From a candidate division FCPU426 bacterium (GTDB lineage: Bacteria > Oederibacteriota > Muellerivitia > Muellerivitales > Muellerivitaceae), in the NCBI GenBank assembly GCA_963796105.1, contig CAWCKJ010000004.1:1472001-1536000 (forward strand): 64,000 nucleotides of DNA, written 5' to 3'. The position numbers were made by a program, and so were the translations under genes. The notes beneath the pieces were generated by a model. The model made no database searches, was not told the origin of the DNA, and saw only the letters and a program-made list of their open reading frames with translations. This document shows, piece by piece, positions 10,270-19,511 of this stretch. How positions within the stretch are numbered: position 1 is the first letter of the stretch; every line of letters begins with the position of its first letter.

Positions 10270-10305
10270 AAAAACCCCGTCCCGCAGGAGTGGGACGGGG
10301 TTTTT
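10270..10305 (+). terminator. Intrinsic (probably bidirectional) terminator
   Basis: AAAAACCCCGTCCCGC-AGGA-GTGGGACGGGGTTTTT. Confidence 0.85.
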
Positions 10306-10557
10306 GATTTCATCGCCGGAAAGCTTCGTCCTCGGCTGGTAACAACTTTTATTTGAGTTGGCATGATCAACCGCCGTCTCTCTTTGCCGAATCTTTTTAA
10401 TCATTCGGCACGCCTAAGCCTTGTTTTTCTGCTTGAAGTCTCAACACAGGGTTGTGGACGGGGACGGATAATAGTCTCGGGCGGCCGGCACATGTTTTTT
10501 ATGAACATGCACTGGCAAGCTTCACCCCTGACTAGTGGTCAGGGATGACTGGCGGAA

Positions 10558-10749
10558 TCACCCGAATGTTCCAGGGAATAGTTTCGAATAGAGAAACAGC
10601 ATCGAGACGCTGAAAAGGTCGATCAGGAAATGCACCGCGACCAGGGGCGTGATCCGCCGCGTCCTTTGGTAGTAAATGGAAAAGAAGAGGAAAAGGAAAA
10701 AAATGGGGATACAGCGGACCCAGCCCTGGTAAAAATGGTACCCTGCCAT
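10558..10749 (-). pseudogene. C-terminal fragment of a CPBP (CAAX-like) intramembrane protease
   Basis: GYHFYQG and RTRRITPLVAVHFLID match the last CPBP motifs; in-frame TGA eight codons upstream; the EE motif is absent. Confidence 0.6.
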
Positions 10750-11057
10750 AGAAACATAGGGGTCAGGCCATCATTCATCACTTTATCAGCTTTTGCGCTA
10801 ACTTCTCATCTTCCGCCAACTTCTTTTAATTTTCAGCCCAGCTATACCATTTTGGGCAGAATATTTGAGGGGTTTCGCGGAAACAACAATTTAAAGAAAA
10901 ACCAGGTAATATTAAAATGTGCCTGGATATTAGGACGTTCCTTGTTGGAATAGTTCCCGCGAGGCCCCTGCCGCTAGGAATGTGACCTAATTTGAGTCGA
11001 TAGATAGTCAGCGCTAATTTGTAAACTATTCATTCCATGACTTATCCACGACGGGGG

Positions 11058-11119
11058 GCCGGTTCCAATATTGAACCGGCACACCCAAAGAGTGAACCGC
11101 GGCTTGTGGCCGCGGTTCA
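11058..11119. repeat. Pair of REP-like GC hairpins
   Basis: GCCGGTTC-CAATATT-GAACCGGC and TGAACCGCGGC-TTGTG-GCCGCGGTTCA. Confidence 0.55.
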
Positions 11120-11277
11120 GGGGAGGGGAAGTACACCAATTTTAAATTCTGAATTATGAATGAAGGTATAAGCAAAAACTGGATAAAAAAACCAATCCTT
11201 CGGCAATTTCAGCATGGGTTTTGAATTTTAAGTTTTGAATTAAATGGCTTGTCCATGATGGGGCCCTTTGGGGTCAA

Positions 11278-11526
11278 CTATTTTTTCAATTTCAAGCGGG
11301 TTTTCATCTCGGCAAGTGAGATGGTTTTTTGTTTTCTGCGGGATTGGATTAAATTCCAAAATTCAGCATTGGTTTCCCGCACAACCGTTTCCCAGTCCTC
11401 ACCCTCAACCCCGACAAGGATGGCTGACGGCTTGCCATGGCGGGTTAATACCACACGGTCCTTTTGGGAGGCATCGACGCATTCTTTTATTTTTTTCTGA
11501 AGATCCCGGACATTGACTGTTTTCAT
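11278..11526 (-). CDS. Phd/YefM-family antitoxin
   Basis: MKTVNVRDLQ...VVLTRHGKPSAILV; start overlaps the toxin stop. Confidence 0.88.
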   Translation of the reverse strand: MKTVNVRDLQKKIKECVDASQKDRVVLTRHGKPSAILVGVEGEDWETVVRETNAEFWNLIQSRRKQKTISLAEMKTRLKLKK

Positions 11527-11822
11527 AAAATATCCTCCGTTCGGCTGTGAGGCGGTTTGTAACGGATGGCCCGCACATAAACAGTTTGTTCCTCCGCGGC
11601 CACATCGTAAAAAACACGGAAATCATCCACCCTTAATTCCCATATTGGCGGCACATTTTGCCAGGGAGGCACTAGGTTCAATAAGATCTTTCGGTTCCTT
11701 GTTTTTGCCGCGGGCTGATGTGTGAGTTGTTCTTCGATCGCATCGAGAATGATCCGTTGGCCCCGTATGGGGATGGGCTTCAGGTCATTCCAGACACCTG
11801 TCGAAAATTGGATATCAAACAT
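11523..11822 (-). CDS. RelE/ParE-family toxin
   Basis: 99 aa; WELRVDDFRVFYDV motif. Confidence 0.85.
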   Translation of the reverse strand: MFDIQFSTGVWNDLKPIPIRGQRIILDAIEEQLTHQPAAKTRNRKILLNLVPPWQNVPPIWELRVDDFRVFYDVAAEEQTVYVRAIRYKPPHSRTEDIL

Positions 11823-11826
11823 GTAT

Positions 11827-11856
11827 ATATTATTGCATATGCAAATAATGAGTCAA
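11827..11856 (-). promoter_or_regulatory. Sigma70 promoter with overlapping palindromic operator for the TA operon
   Basis: Minus strand TTGACT-N16-AATAAT, 6 nt before the ATG; palindrome TTGCATATGCAA lies between the boxes. Confidence 0.65.
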
Positions 11857-11994
11857 GGGGTTGGGGCTTATTCAGAGACCATTAGTTGGATGTTAAGTAA
11901 ACAGTAAATCAGCTTATTCATGACAATTCTTTTATATACTCAGTAAGAGGTAAAATAAGCTGATGGGTAAGCTTATGCCGGTCCACGATGGGGA

Positions 11995-12023
11995 AACCAT
12001 CGCACCGCAGCGATGGTTCGTTG
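11995..12023 (+). repeat. Family C hairpin (ACCGCA loop), copy 1
   Basis: AACCATCGC-ACCGCA-GCGATGGTT-CGTTG; other copies at 16438, 16638 and 54010 (minus). Confidence 0.7.
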
Positions 12024-12031
12024 CCGCCCCA

Positions 12032-12105
12032 TGCCAGCCTTCCATAAAAGATTTATAGAGGCTGGTATTGGACCGATCACAATATGTTTTTATGGATGAT
12101 CGGCA
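12032..12105 (+). repeat. Family B ~74-bp double-hairpin element, copy 1
   Basis: TGCCAGCCTTC..GAGGCTGGTA then ACCGATC..GATCGGCA, flanked by CA on both sides. Confidence 0.8.
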
Positions 12106-12167
12106 CAGCTTTGCGCAGGGATCATGGTCAACAATAAGTTCAGAACAATTATTAATAGGGAGAAATA

Positions 12168-13253
12168 ATGCCGAAGTTTGAAAAGGGCATGGAACTTTGC
12201 GAGGGGTTTTTCAAGCAGGCCGTAAAACCTATCCTGGCGGGCCATTTCCAGGATCTCTCCTATTCCGCCGGGCGATTGGATTATGGATCGGATGTGTTGG
12301 GGTTTGACACCCCTCAATCCATGGACCACGGTTGGGGTCCCCAGGTGACCTTGTTTGTCGGCGAAAAGGATTACGCCGAGAAGGGGAAGATCGAGAAATT
12401 GTTGGGCGAGAAACTTCCATTTGAGATCCACGGGATTCCCACAAACTTCTCAAAACACGAGGACGGCAATCCCTTTCCAACGCCGACCACAAATAGGCCC
12501 ATCCAACACAAGGTAACCGTGACCACTTCTGAGCGGTTTTTCCGGGAATACCTCGGGCTTGAATCCCTGGATAAAATGGCTGAAACCGATTGGCTCCTTG
12601 TTTCGCCACAAAGGCTCCGGACTATCGCGTCCGGAAGGGTGTTCCATGACGGATTGGGCACTTTGGAAGAAGCCCGGAAAAAGCTGGCCTGGTATCCCAC
12701 GGACCTCTGGATTTATCTTTTGGCTTGCCAATGGCAGAAGATACATCAAATAGAGCCCTTCATGGCCCGATGCGGTGATGTGGGTGATGAGTTGGGCTCG
12801 CGCCTTTTAGGGGCCAGGCTGGCGGGCGAACTCATGGGATTATTTTTTTTAATGGAAAAGCAATATGCCCCCTATTCCAAATGGTTCGGAACCGCTTTTT
12901 CCCAACTCGCCTGCGCCAAGGAGCTGTTCCCGGATTTCACGGCTATTCTTGAGTGCGGCCAATGGAAGGAGCGGGAGAAAAGGTTATCCGAAGTTTACTT
13001 GGCGGCCATCCGGACCCATAACTCCCTTAAGTTAACGGAAACAATCGAGGAAACCATCCAGTCGTTTCACACAAGGCCTTACTTAGTTCCAAACTCCGGC
13101 AGGATAGTGAGCGCGCTTTATGGAGTTATAAAATCCACGGCGGTTTTGGCGTTGCCAAGGCATATAGGGGCTGTTGGACAATTTTCCGATTCCACCGACG
13201 TGGTAGATTCCATTCAGAATATCAGGAAATTGAAATCCATTTACGTTCCTTGA
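12168..13253 (+). CDS. DUF4037-domain protein
   Basis: GSDVLGFDTPQSMDHGWGP, GRVFHDGLG and APYSKW motifs. Confidence 0.8.
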   Translation: MPKFEKGMELCEGFFKQAVKPILAGHFQDLSYSAGRLDYGSDVLGFDTPQSMDHGWGPQVTLFVGEKDYAEKGKIEKLLGEKLPFEIHGIPTNFSKHEDGNPFPTPTTNRPIQHKVTVTTSERFFREYLGLESLDKMAETDWLLVSPQRLRTIASGRVFHDGLGTLEEARKKLAWYPTDLWIYLLACQWQKIHQIEPFMARCGDVGDELGSRLLGARLAGELMGLFFLMEKQYAPYSKWFGTAFSQLACAKELFPDFTAILECGQWKEREKRLSEVYLAAIRTHNSLKLTETIEETIQSFHTRPYLVPNSGRIVSALYGVIKSTAVLALPRHIGAVGQFSDSTDVVDSIQNIRKLKSIYVP

Positions 13254-13459
13254 CATGTTTAAGAAGAGAAACTGGAAAACCGTTAAAACTGCCCTTAAAA
13301 ATTAAAATCTTTAGATTTTTCTTTTTTTATATAGAGGCATCATCCGGATTCTGGACTGGATCAAGGAGTAGATGTACCATTACATTTTAGTCGTGTTGAT
13401 GTTTCCCCCGCTTGAGTGCGGTTGTTTAAAAGGTATCGTTTTTAATTCAGAGGGTTTTT

Positions 13460-13912
13460 ATGTTCCGAAAATCAATGATTGACTCGATCAAAAGGGATGG
13501 TTGGGCTATAGCCGCCATCATGGTTATGCCGGCTTCCCTTTTAATATTCGCTTACCTTTGGACCAATACCATTTCCCCCCCGAAATTCCGTTACGAGAAT
13601 TACAAGGTGATGGACCCTGGTTTGGCGGCCCTGAGGAATTACCGTTTGGGAAAATACCAGGAAGCCGAGAGTGGTTTTTTGGCGGCGACCATGATCCAAC
13701 CGGGCCGCACCGTGCTTTGGTATGACCTCGGGAATACCTTCTATATGGAAGGCAAATACCACCAGGCCATATCGGCCTTCTTAAAGGTATTGGAATTGGA
13801 CCCCAATGATTCTGACGCCAAATCCAACCTCAAGCTTGCCTGCGCCAAGCTCTTTTCCCCGCGGGACAAGCTTCTTCCCCCAAAACGGACCTTATTACAA
13901 AAACCCTTGTAG
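13460..13912 (+). CDS. Membrane-anchored TPR protein
   Basis: N-terminal TM; WYDLGNTFY...AFLKVLELDPND repeat. Confidence 0.8.
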   Translation: MFRKSMIDSIKRDGWAIAAIMVMPASLLIFAYLWTNTISPPKFRYENYKVMDPGLAALRNYRLGKYQEAESGFLAATMIQPGRTVLWYDLGNTFYMEGKYHQAISAFLKVLELDPNDSDAKSNLKLACAKLFSPRDKLLPPKRTLLQKPL

Positions 13913-13954
13913 GCGCCTGGAAACCAATAGGTTCCGCCTGCGGAGGGAATCTGG

Positions 13955-14566
13955 ATGGACCTTCTTACCGAAGAAGGCCGGGTCCGTAAGATGAAAGTCT
14001 TGAATGAAAGCGGAAAAAGTCACGTGAAATACTCTATCGCGTTGAATTTCTTCGTGCCGGGCCTGGTAGTGAAGAATCTCAAGAAAGTCCAAGTTGAGGG
14101 GGCGGTTGTTTTCGATTGGCGCCGGTCAAAACTAGCCCATTGCACCCTGAAGGCTATTTCCTACAGAAATGGGCTTCCTACCCAGAAGGAATTAAAGACC
14201 TGGATATCGAAAGCCCGGCGTATATTCTCCAAACAGGAACCGTTTGAGGTCACAGTGAAAGGAATGTCGAAGTTTCCAACCGCCCTTGTCGCTGATGTCC
14301 ATTCCAAAGATCTCCTGGGACTCCATCGGAAGTTGTTCAAGGTTTTGCCTAGCAGCCAGCCCCAATACGAAGGCCGGAATTACCATCCCCATGTCTCGAT
14401 TGCCATGATTGACGGGGAGGCTTGGGCCCATCCGCCCGAGAATAAAAATTTCGGAAAATTCAAGGTGGATGAAATCCAACTGATGCTTTGGACCATGAAC
14501 TTCCTGAACAAACCAAAAGTTTTATGGGTGGTTAAGCTGGATCCCAGGTTGGTTGAAAAGGTTTGA
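13955..14566 (+). CDS. 2H phosphoesterase (2'-5' RNA ligase family)
   Basis: Two HxT/S motifs, HCTL and PHVSI. Start uncertain. Confidence 0.75.
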   Translation: MDLLTEEGRVRKMKVLNESGKSHVKYSIALNFFVPGLVVKNLKKVQVEGAVVFDWRRSKLAHCTLKAISYRNGLPTQKELKTWISKARRIFSKQEPFEVTVKGMSKFPTALVADVHSKDLLGLHRKLFKVLPSSQPQYEGRNYHPHVSIAMIDGEAWAHPPENKNFGKFKVDEIQLMLWTMNFLNKPKVLWVVKLDPRLVEKV

Positions 14567-14572
14567 TTAAAA

Positions 14573-15343
14573 ATGGCTATAAGCGACGAAGAACGAACCC
14601 TTTTCCATAAATTCCTTTTGAAAGACCCCTATCGGTACTTGTTCCATCTAGCCGATTTGGATGACCGCTATGCCGATGATATCCGTTGGTTTTTCCGAAC
14701 AAGGGGTGGGGAGATTTCCACGCTGGCTTTGCTGTTTCATAAACCCGAAATACCCGTTTTCCAGATTTTGGAACAGGACAATCCGGACGCCGACCTCCTG
14801 GTTGAGGAAATCCTCCCCCAATTGCCGGACAAGCTTTATTGCCATTTATCCGACGGCCCAGCCGAAATTTTAAGTAAGCATTATCTGACCGAGTCCAGGA
14901 ACCGATTCCTGAAGATGCGGCGGCCCCAGGCGGGGAAGTTGATGATTGAATCTCCGGATCTTCCGCCGATTGTCCGCTTGACTCCCGAACATGAACAAAC
15001 CATCCGGGAATTTGTTCCGGTGGTTTGGTTTGATCCCCATATGCTGAGGGATGGTTATTACTACGGCATTTTCGATCAAGGACAGCTTGTTTCGATGGGA
15101 GGGTCCTCTCTCTATTCCGAAAAATACGGCGTGGCTGTCATTGGAAGCGTTGGTACCCGCGAAAGCCACCTTCGCCGGGGTTTTTGCGCCAGGATTATCA
15201 ACCGGTTGACCCGTGAATTATCAGCGCAGGTCCCTTATGTCGGTTTGAATGTACGGGCGGATAACGAGCCGGCCATTCGTTGTTATTTGAAATGCGGTTT
15301 TGAGGTGCATTCCGAGTTTTGGGAGTGCAGGTTCAACAAATAA
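14573..15343 (+). CDS. GNAT-family acetyltransferase
   Basis: VGTRESHLRRGF and NEPAIRCYLKCGF motifs. Confidence 0.85.
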   Translation: MAISDEERTLFHKFLLKDPYRYLFHLADLDDRYADDIRWFFRTRGGEISTLALLFHKPEIPVFQILEQDNPDADLLVEEILPQLPDKLYCHLSDGPAEILSKHYLTESRNRFLKMRRPQAGKLMIESPDLPPIVRLTPEHEQTIREFVPVVWFDPHMLRDGYYYGIFDQGQLVSMGGSSLYSEKYGVAVIGSVGTRESHLRRGFCARIINRLTRELSAQVPYVGLNVRADNEPAIRCYLKCGFEVHSEFWECRFNK

Positions 15344-15477
15344 CCCCAACCAATTACTTGGCGGTTTAGCCAAGAAAATACGTGTAATGAAGGTTGTCGG
15401 AGATAGGGTGTTTTTTAAAGTTTTTTACTTTCCTCATCCCCTTGCTGTTTCCTTGAAAACCCCTTAAAACAGTCCCC

Positions 15478-16257
15478 ATGATTTTACGAACCGCTTTCCT
15501 ATATTTCGGGTTCCTAGCCTGGGGATGCCTAGTCCTATTGCCGGTTGTTTCATTAAAGGAAGTGGGGCAGGGTTTTTACCGCTTTTTTGGGTTCTTCTGC
15601 GTCGCCCTCTATACCTTAGCGGTGGGATTAGCCCTCATGATGGGTCCGGCTTTTGACGCTTCCTATCATAGGGCGGCCTGGGCACTGGCAGTTTCCCTCT
15701 TATTTACCCTCTGCTTTACCTTGGCTTTGCGGGTGAGGGTTCCTTGGTTTCTTTGGGCCAACTTTTGGCTGGCGGTAATTGCGGGTGTCCTAGGGATCGG
15801 CTTCTTTCCTTTATACGCTGGTTCTAATGAGATATGGGTTTCCGCGCATTTTATTTCCTCCGCCTTGCTTCTGGGCGCGGTGATCCTAGCCATGATGCTG
15901 GGCCATTGGTACCTTGTGATTCCCAAACTTTCCATCACCCCATTGAAACGCTATTCGGCCCTCTATATCTTTCTCACACTGATAAAGGCCCTGGAACTGG
16001 CGGCGGCCTGGTGGTTATTCAAAGCGGGCGGAAATACCGGCGGTGAGGTTCTTCTCCGGACGGAGCCTGTCTTCGCCCTCTTCCGGGTGGCCTGGGGAAT
16101 CCTGCCCCCCCTGGGGATGGCTTATTGGATCTGGGAGACTGTCAGAATCAGGTCCACTCAATCCGCGACGGGGATTTTATACGCGGCCCTGGTCTGCACC
16201 CTCATCGGAGAGGGAATGGGTTTGTTTCTGACGCTCCAAACGGGTGTGCCGTTTTAA
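15478..16257 (+). CDS. Conserved polytopic membrane protein
   Basis: About 8 hydrophobic helices; MMLGHWYL and TQSATGILY motifs. Confidence 0.75.
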   Translation: MILRTAFLYFGFLAWGCLVLLPVVSLKEVGQGFYRFFGFFCVALYTLAVGLALMMGPAFDASYHRAAWALAVSLLFTLCFTLALRVRVPWFLWANFWLAVIAGVLGIGFFPLYAGSNEIWVSAHFISSALLLGAVILAMMLGHWYLVIPKLSITPLKRYSALYIFLTLIKALELAAAWWLFKAGGNTGGEVLLRTEPVFALFRVAWGILPPLGMAYWIWETVRIRSTQSATGILYAALVCTLIGEGMGLFLTLQTGVPF

Positions 16258-16260
16258 AAT

Positions 16261-16606
16261 CAAAGGCGGTTCACCACAGGGACTCAGAGACTCAGCTAAG
16301 GAAAAATATATTCTTATTAACCACAGGTCCCCTACGGGGACCACGGGGGCACAGTGAAAGCTAGGATTTTTCTAAAGAACAAATTTGTTTTGGAGGGAAG
16401 CGAAAAGAAGTAAAAGGCAAAGGCGGTTCACCACAGAACTCCTCGCACCGCAGCGAAGAGTCGTTGACAGAGACTCAGCTAAGGAAAAATATATTCTAAT
16501 TAACCACAGGTCCCCTGCGGGGACCACGGGGGCACAGTGAAAGCTAGGATTTTTCTAAAGAACAAATTTGTTTTGGAGGGAAGCGAAAAGAAGCGAAAGG
16601 CAAAGG
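16261..16606 (+). repeat. Tandem duplication (~157 and ~189 bp) containing family A repeats A1 (16319-16355) and A2 (16502-16538)
   Basis: Units start CAAAGGCGGTTCACCACAG at 16261 and 16418 and are nearly identical; unit 2 carries an extra family C hairpin. Confidence 0.88.
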
Positions 16607-16804
16607 ATTCCATTAAAAAATTCAAAATTAACAACAGGCCCATCGCACCGCAGCGATGGGCAGTGCTTCGGAACCACAGTAAAAGCTTATAATTTGCCAA
16701 AATAAGAAGTTGGAATAATTGGGGTGCTAATATGAAAGACAATGAAGTTCAGACAGGATTACTAAGAGGGCCTCGGATATAAGGGAAAGGGACATCAAAA
16801 TCTT

Positions 16805-17206
16805 ATGAATATTTCAAAGTTTAAAGCCATACCAAGTGACTTAAACCTTTTATCCGGAAAAGTAATTAGCGCCGCTTATGAAATTCATAAGGAACTGGGC
16901 CCGGGATTGCTTGAAAGCGTATATGAAACATGCTTGGCTTATGAATTGAAAGAATCGGGAATAAAATTTGAACGGCAAGTACCGATACCGGTTCGGTATA
17001 AAAATGTTTTACAGGAAACTGGTTTTCGAATTGATTTACTTGTGGAAAAACAGTTGGTCGTTGAATTGAAAGCGGTTGACGCGATATTGCCGATCCACAA
17101 GGCCCAACTTCTAACCTATCTTAAATTAAGCGAATGCCGATTGGGTCTTCTGATTAACTTCAATGTGGATGTTTTGAAAAACGGAATCAAAAGAGTTTTT
17201 TTATAA
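16805..17206 (+). CDS. GxxExxY protein (PD-(D/E)xK nuclease-like)
   Basis: GPGLLESVY, FRIDLLVE, VVELKAV, HKAQLLTYL and GLLINF motifs. Confidence 0.92.
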   Translation: MNISKFKAIPSDLNLLSGKVISAAYEIHKELGPGLLESVYETCLAYELKESGIKFERQVPIPVRYKNVLQETGFRIDLLVEKQLVVELKAVDAILPIHKAQLLTYLKLSECRLGLLINFNVDVLKNGIKRVFL

Positions 17207-17244
17207 CCGTATCTTTGAGGTCCTCGTAGGGGACTTGTGGTGAA
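17205..17244 (-). repeat. Family A repeat A3, abutting the GxxExxY stop codon
   Basis: GGTCCTC-GTA-GGGGACT followed by TGTGGTGAA. Confidence 0.75.
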
Positions 17245-17260
17245 ATAGGTTTTATCTTTT

Positions 17261-17454
17261 AACCACGGGTTTCTTTGAAACCACAAAGGCACAGTTAGAA
17301 TTATTTTTTTTAGATTATCTTTAATGGTGCTTTGTAATCCTCGTGGAGGATCTTTATTAAGTACGCCTATTAAAATTTTATTGTTTTGAATGGCGGAACC
17401 GAAAAGATAGTTTTTTAACCGAGCCTCTGTGGTCCTCGAAGAGGACCTGTGGTT
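17261..17454. repeat. Non-coding unit bounded by facing family A repeats A4/A5
   Basis: AACCACGGGTTTCTTTGAAACCACAAAGGCACAG ... CTCTGTGGTCCTCGAAGAGGACCTGTGGTT; interior homologous to the 17965-18604 unit. Confidence 0.78.
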
Positions 17455-17476
17455 CAATCTGTAGTTCTGAGGTTTT

Positions 17477-17914
17477 ATGGAAATAAATACTTTTTGCCCC
17501 GAATGCGAGAATGGCATTTTCTTAAATGAACTTCCCCAGGCTGGGTTGATCCCCTGCAAACGCTGCGGCAAGGGTAGGGAAGCTCTTGGTACCGGACGAT
17601 TGGCGGGTGATGGTTCCATTGCCGTCTGCGGGTTCTGCGGATGCGCTGAGTTTTACCGGCAAAAGGACTTCAACACGAAACTGGGCTTGTGGATGATCAT
17701 TCTGATGGTGGTGATCGCGCTTATCTTTAATAAATGGCTTATTCCGATTCTTGTGGGGTTCGCGGCGCTGGATACTATCCTTTATTTCAGCCTGGGTGAC
17801 ATTGTGATCTGTTATTCCTGCAAGGCCATCTACAGGGGACTGCCTATTTCAAGCCAAACGCAGGGTTTTGACCTCAAAATTCATGACAGGTATGAGTTTA
17901 AAAAGAAGAAGTGA
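17477..17914 (+). CDS. Hypothetical zinc-finger membrane protein
   Basis: Four CxxC pairs and two TM helices. Confidence 0.75.
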   Translation: MEINTFCPECENGIFLNELPQAGLIPCKRCGKGREALGTGRLAGDGSIAVCGFCGCAEFYRQKDFNTKLGLWMIILMVVIALIFNKWLIPILVGFAALDTILYFSLGDIVICYSCKAIYRGLPISSQTQGFDLKIHDRYEFKKKK

Positions 17915-18090
17915 GGGTTGGATTCGATAGCCGGTTTCGTATATTTATAAAAAGAAAACATCTTTTCACCACAGGTTTCTTCGAAACCACAAAGGCACAG
18001 TTAGAATTATTCTTTTTTAGGTTTTCTTATCGAAGCTCTTTGGTCCGAATAGAGGACCTTTTTTAAGTATGCCTATTAAAGTTTTATTGT

Positions 18091-18525
18091 CATTGCTGTT
18101 CAAATTAAATAAAAACCAAGGAACAAAGATAATAAAATTAGAAGTTTTAAATTCTATAAGCCGTTAAGCAAAATCAAGCCCTTTGCCACAGATTCAGGGG
18201 ATGCAGGGGATAAACCGATTCATCACAGAGACTCGGAGACCCTGCTACTACATAGCAAAGGGTGAATATTTTTAGATCGTGTTGTATGGCTCAGCCGACG
18301 GCCGGTGGAAAAATTAATTTTTCCACGATCCGCAGGCAGGGCCATAACGCCCAACGGGCGCAAAGGCAAAGCCTTTGTCACGATCTAGTCTTGTTGTATC
18401 CCATGAATCCCATGCATGCCGACCTTCCTATAAGTAATAAAAGAAGTCGGTATGGTACCAATCTCCAAATAAGCTTTATGGAAGATTGGCACATCTGTGG
18501 CTAAAGTCTATTTTGGACAGGTGTG
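18091..18525. mobile_element. MITE-like element with IS4-like ends
   Basis: 9-bp direct repeat TTTTATTGT at 18082-18090 and 18526-18534, present once in the empty paralogous unit; ends CATTGCTGTTCAAA and reverse complement CACACCTGTCCAAA. Confidence 0.65.
18417..18491 (+). repeat. Family B element, copy 2
   Basis: TGCCGACCTTC..GAAGTCGGTA then TACCAATC..GATTGGCA, CA-flanked. Confidence 0.8.
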
Positions 18526-18633
18526 TTTTATTGTGTTGAAGGATGGAACCGAAAAAGTTGTTGTTTAACCGAGCCTGTGGTCCCCGCAGGGGACCTGTGG
18601 TGAAATAGGTTTTGTCTTCGGAAAGGCAAATAA

Positions 18634-19497
18634 GTGACCGATTCAACCGAAACGCCGAATAACAACCCAGATCCAATCTATGGGAACGAATCGAAGCTGT
18701 CCTTATTCCTGAAACTATTCATCATTCCAGCCTTGATCGTGGCGGTGGCCCTGGGAATTTTCATGATGGGTTCTTTCGCGCTTCAGCATCCCAAATCCGC
18801 GGAGCAATACCTCGAGGAACTCCGTAGCGACAGTACCGAGAGGAGATGGCAGGCCGCCTATGAGTTATCCCGCATGTTGAACCAAGGCGAGAAAATCGCG
18901 GTTGACGATAAACTTCGGGGACAATTGGTCCAAACCTTCGCCGATGCCAAGAAAGACGACCCGAGGATCAGGGAATACCTGGCATTGGTTCTCGGACACC
19001 TTAAGGAAAAATCAGCCGTCCCGGCCCTTTGCGACGCGGTGAAGGACGAATCCAATGACGTAAAGACCTACAGCCTCTGGGCCCTCGGCAATATTGAGGA
19101 CCCTGCTGGAGGCCCCGCGGCATTGGGAGCCCTGGATGAGACCGATCCAACCGTCCGGCGGATGGCGGTGGGGGCATTGAGCGCCCTGCGTTATGCCCCC
19201 GCCAAATTTCCATTGGAAAAGGAATTGGAATCAAGCAACCAGGCTTTGCGGTATGACTCCGCGGTGGCTCTGGCCCGGCTGGGGGATGACAAGGCCATAC
19301 CGACTCTTTTGGAAATGATGAACTTGAAAGCCACCGGACAGCCTTCGGACGCGATGATCCAATCGGCCAAACTGGCCGCCTTGGAAGGGGCGGGGGTACT
19401 CCATAACCCCGAGGTGCGCTCGCAAGTGGTGAGCCTCAGCAAGAACGACCCGGACCTAAAGGTGCGCGAAGCCGCGATTGAAGCGCTAAAAAAATAG
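18634..19497 (+). CDS. Membrane-anchored HEAT-repeat protein
   Basis: N-terminal TM; repeated VRxxAxxALG units. Confidence 0.85.
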   Translation: MTDSTETPNNNPDPIYGNESKLSLFLKLFIIPALIVAVALGIFMMGSFALQHPKSAEQYLEELRSDSTERRWQAAYELSRMLNQGEKIAVDDKLRGQLVQTFADAKKDDPRIREYLALVLGHLKEKSAVPALCDAVKDESNDVKTYSLWALGNIEDPAGGPAALGALDETDPTVRRMAVGALSALRYAPAKFPLEKELESSNQALRYDSAVALARLGDDKAIPTLLEMMNLKATGQPSDAMIQSAKLAALEGAGVLHNPEVRSQVVSLSKNDPDLKVREAAIEALKK

Positions 19498-19511
19498 AAA
19501 ATCAAAGGCTA

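Larger units (their letters stand above)
17965..18604. repeat. Non-coding unit bounded by facing family A repeats A6/A7, with nested insertion
   Basis: Same ends and interior as 17261-17454 plus a 435-bp insert. Confidence 0.78.

Noticed and set aside
11042..11050. DnaA-box-like TTATCCACG
   Set aside because: Single 8/9 match with no cluster or origin-associated genes.
16125..18676. Short ORFs 16125-16364, 16500-16742, 17116-17619, 18262-18504 and 18476-18676
   Set aside because: They are translations of the repeats (recurrent TTGPLRGP) with no RBS or protein-like pattern.
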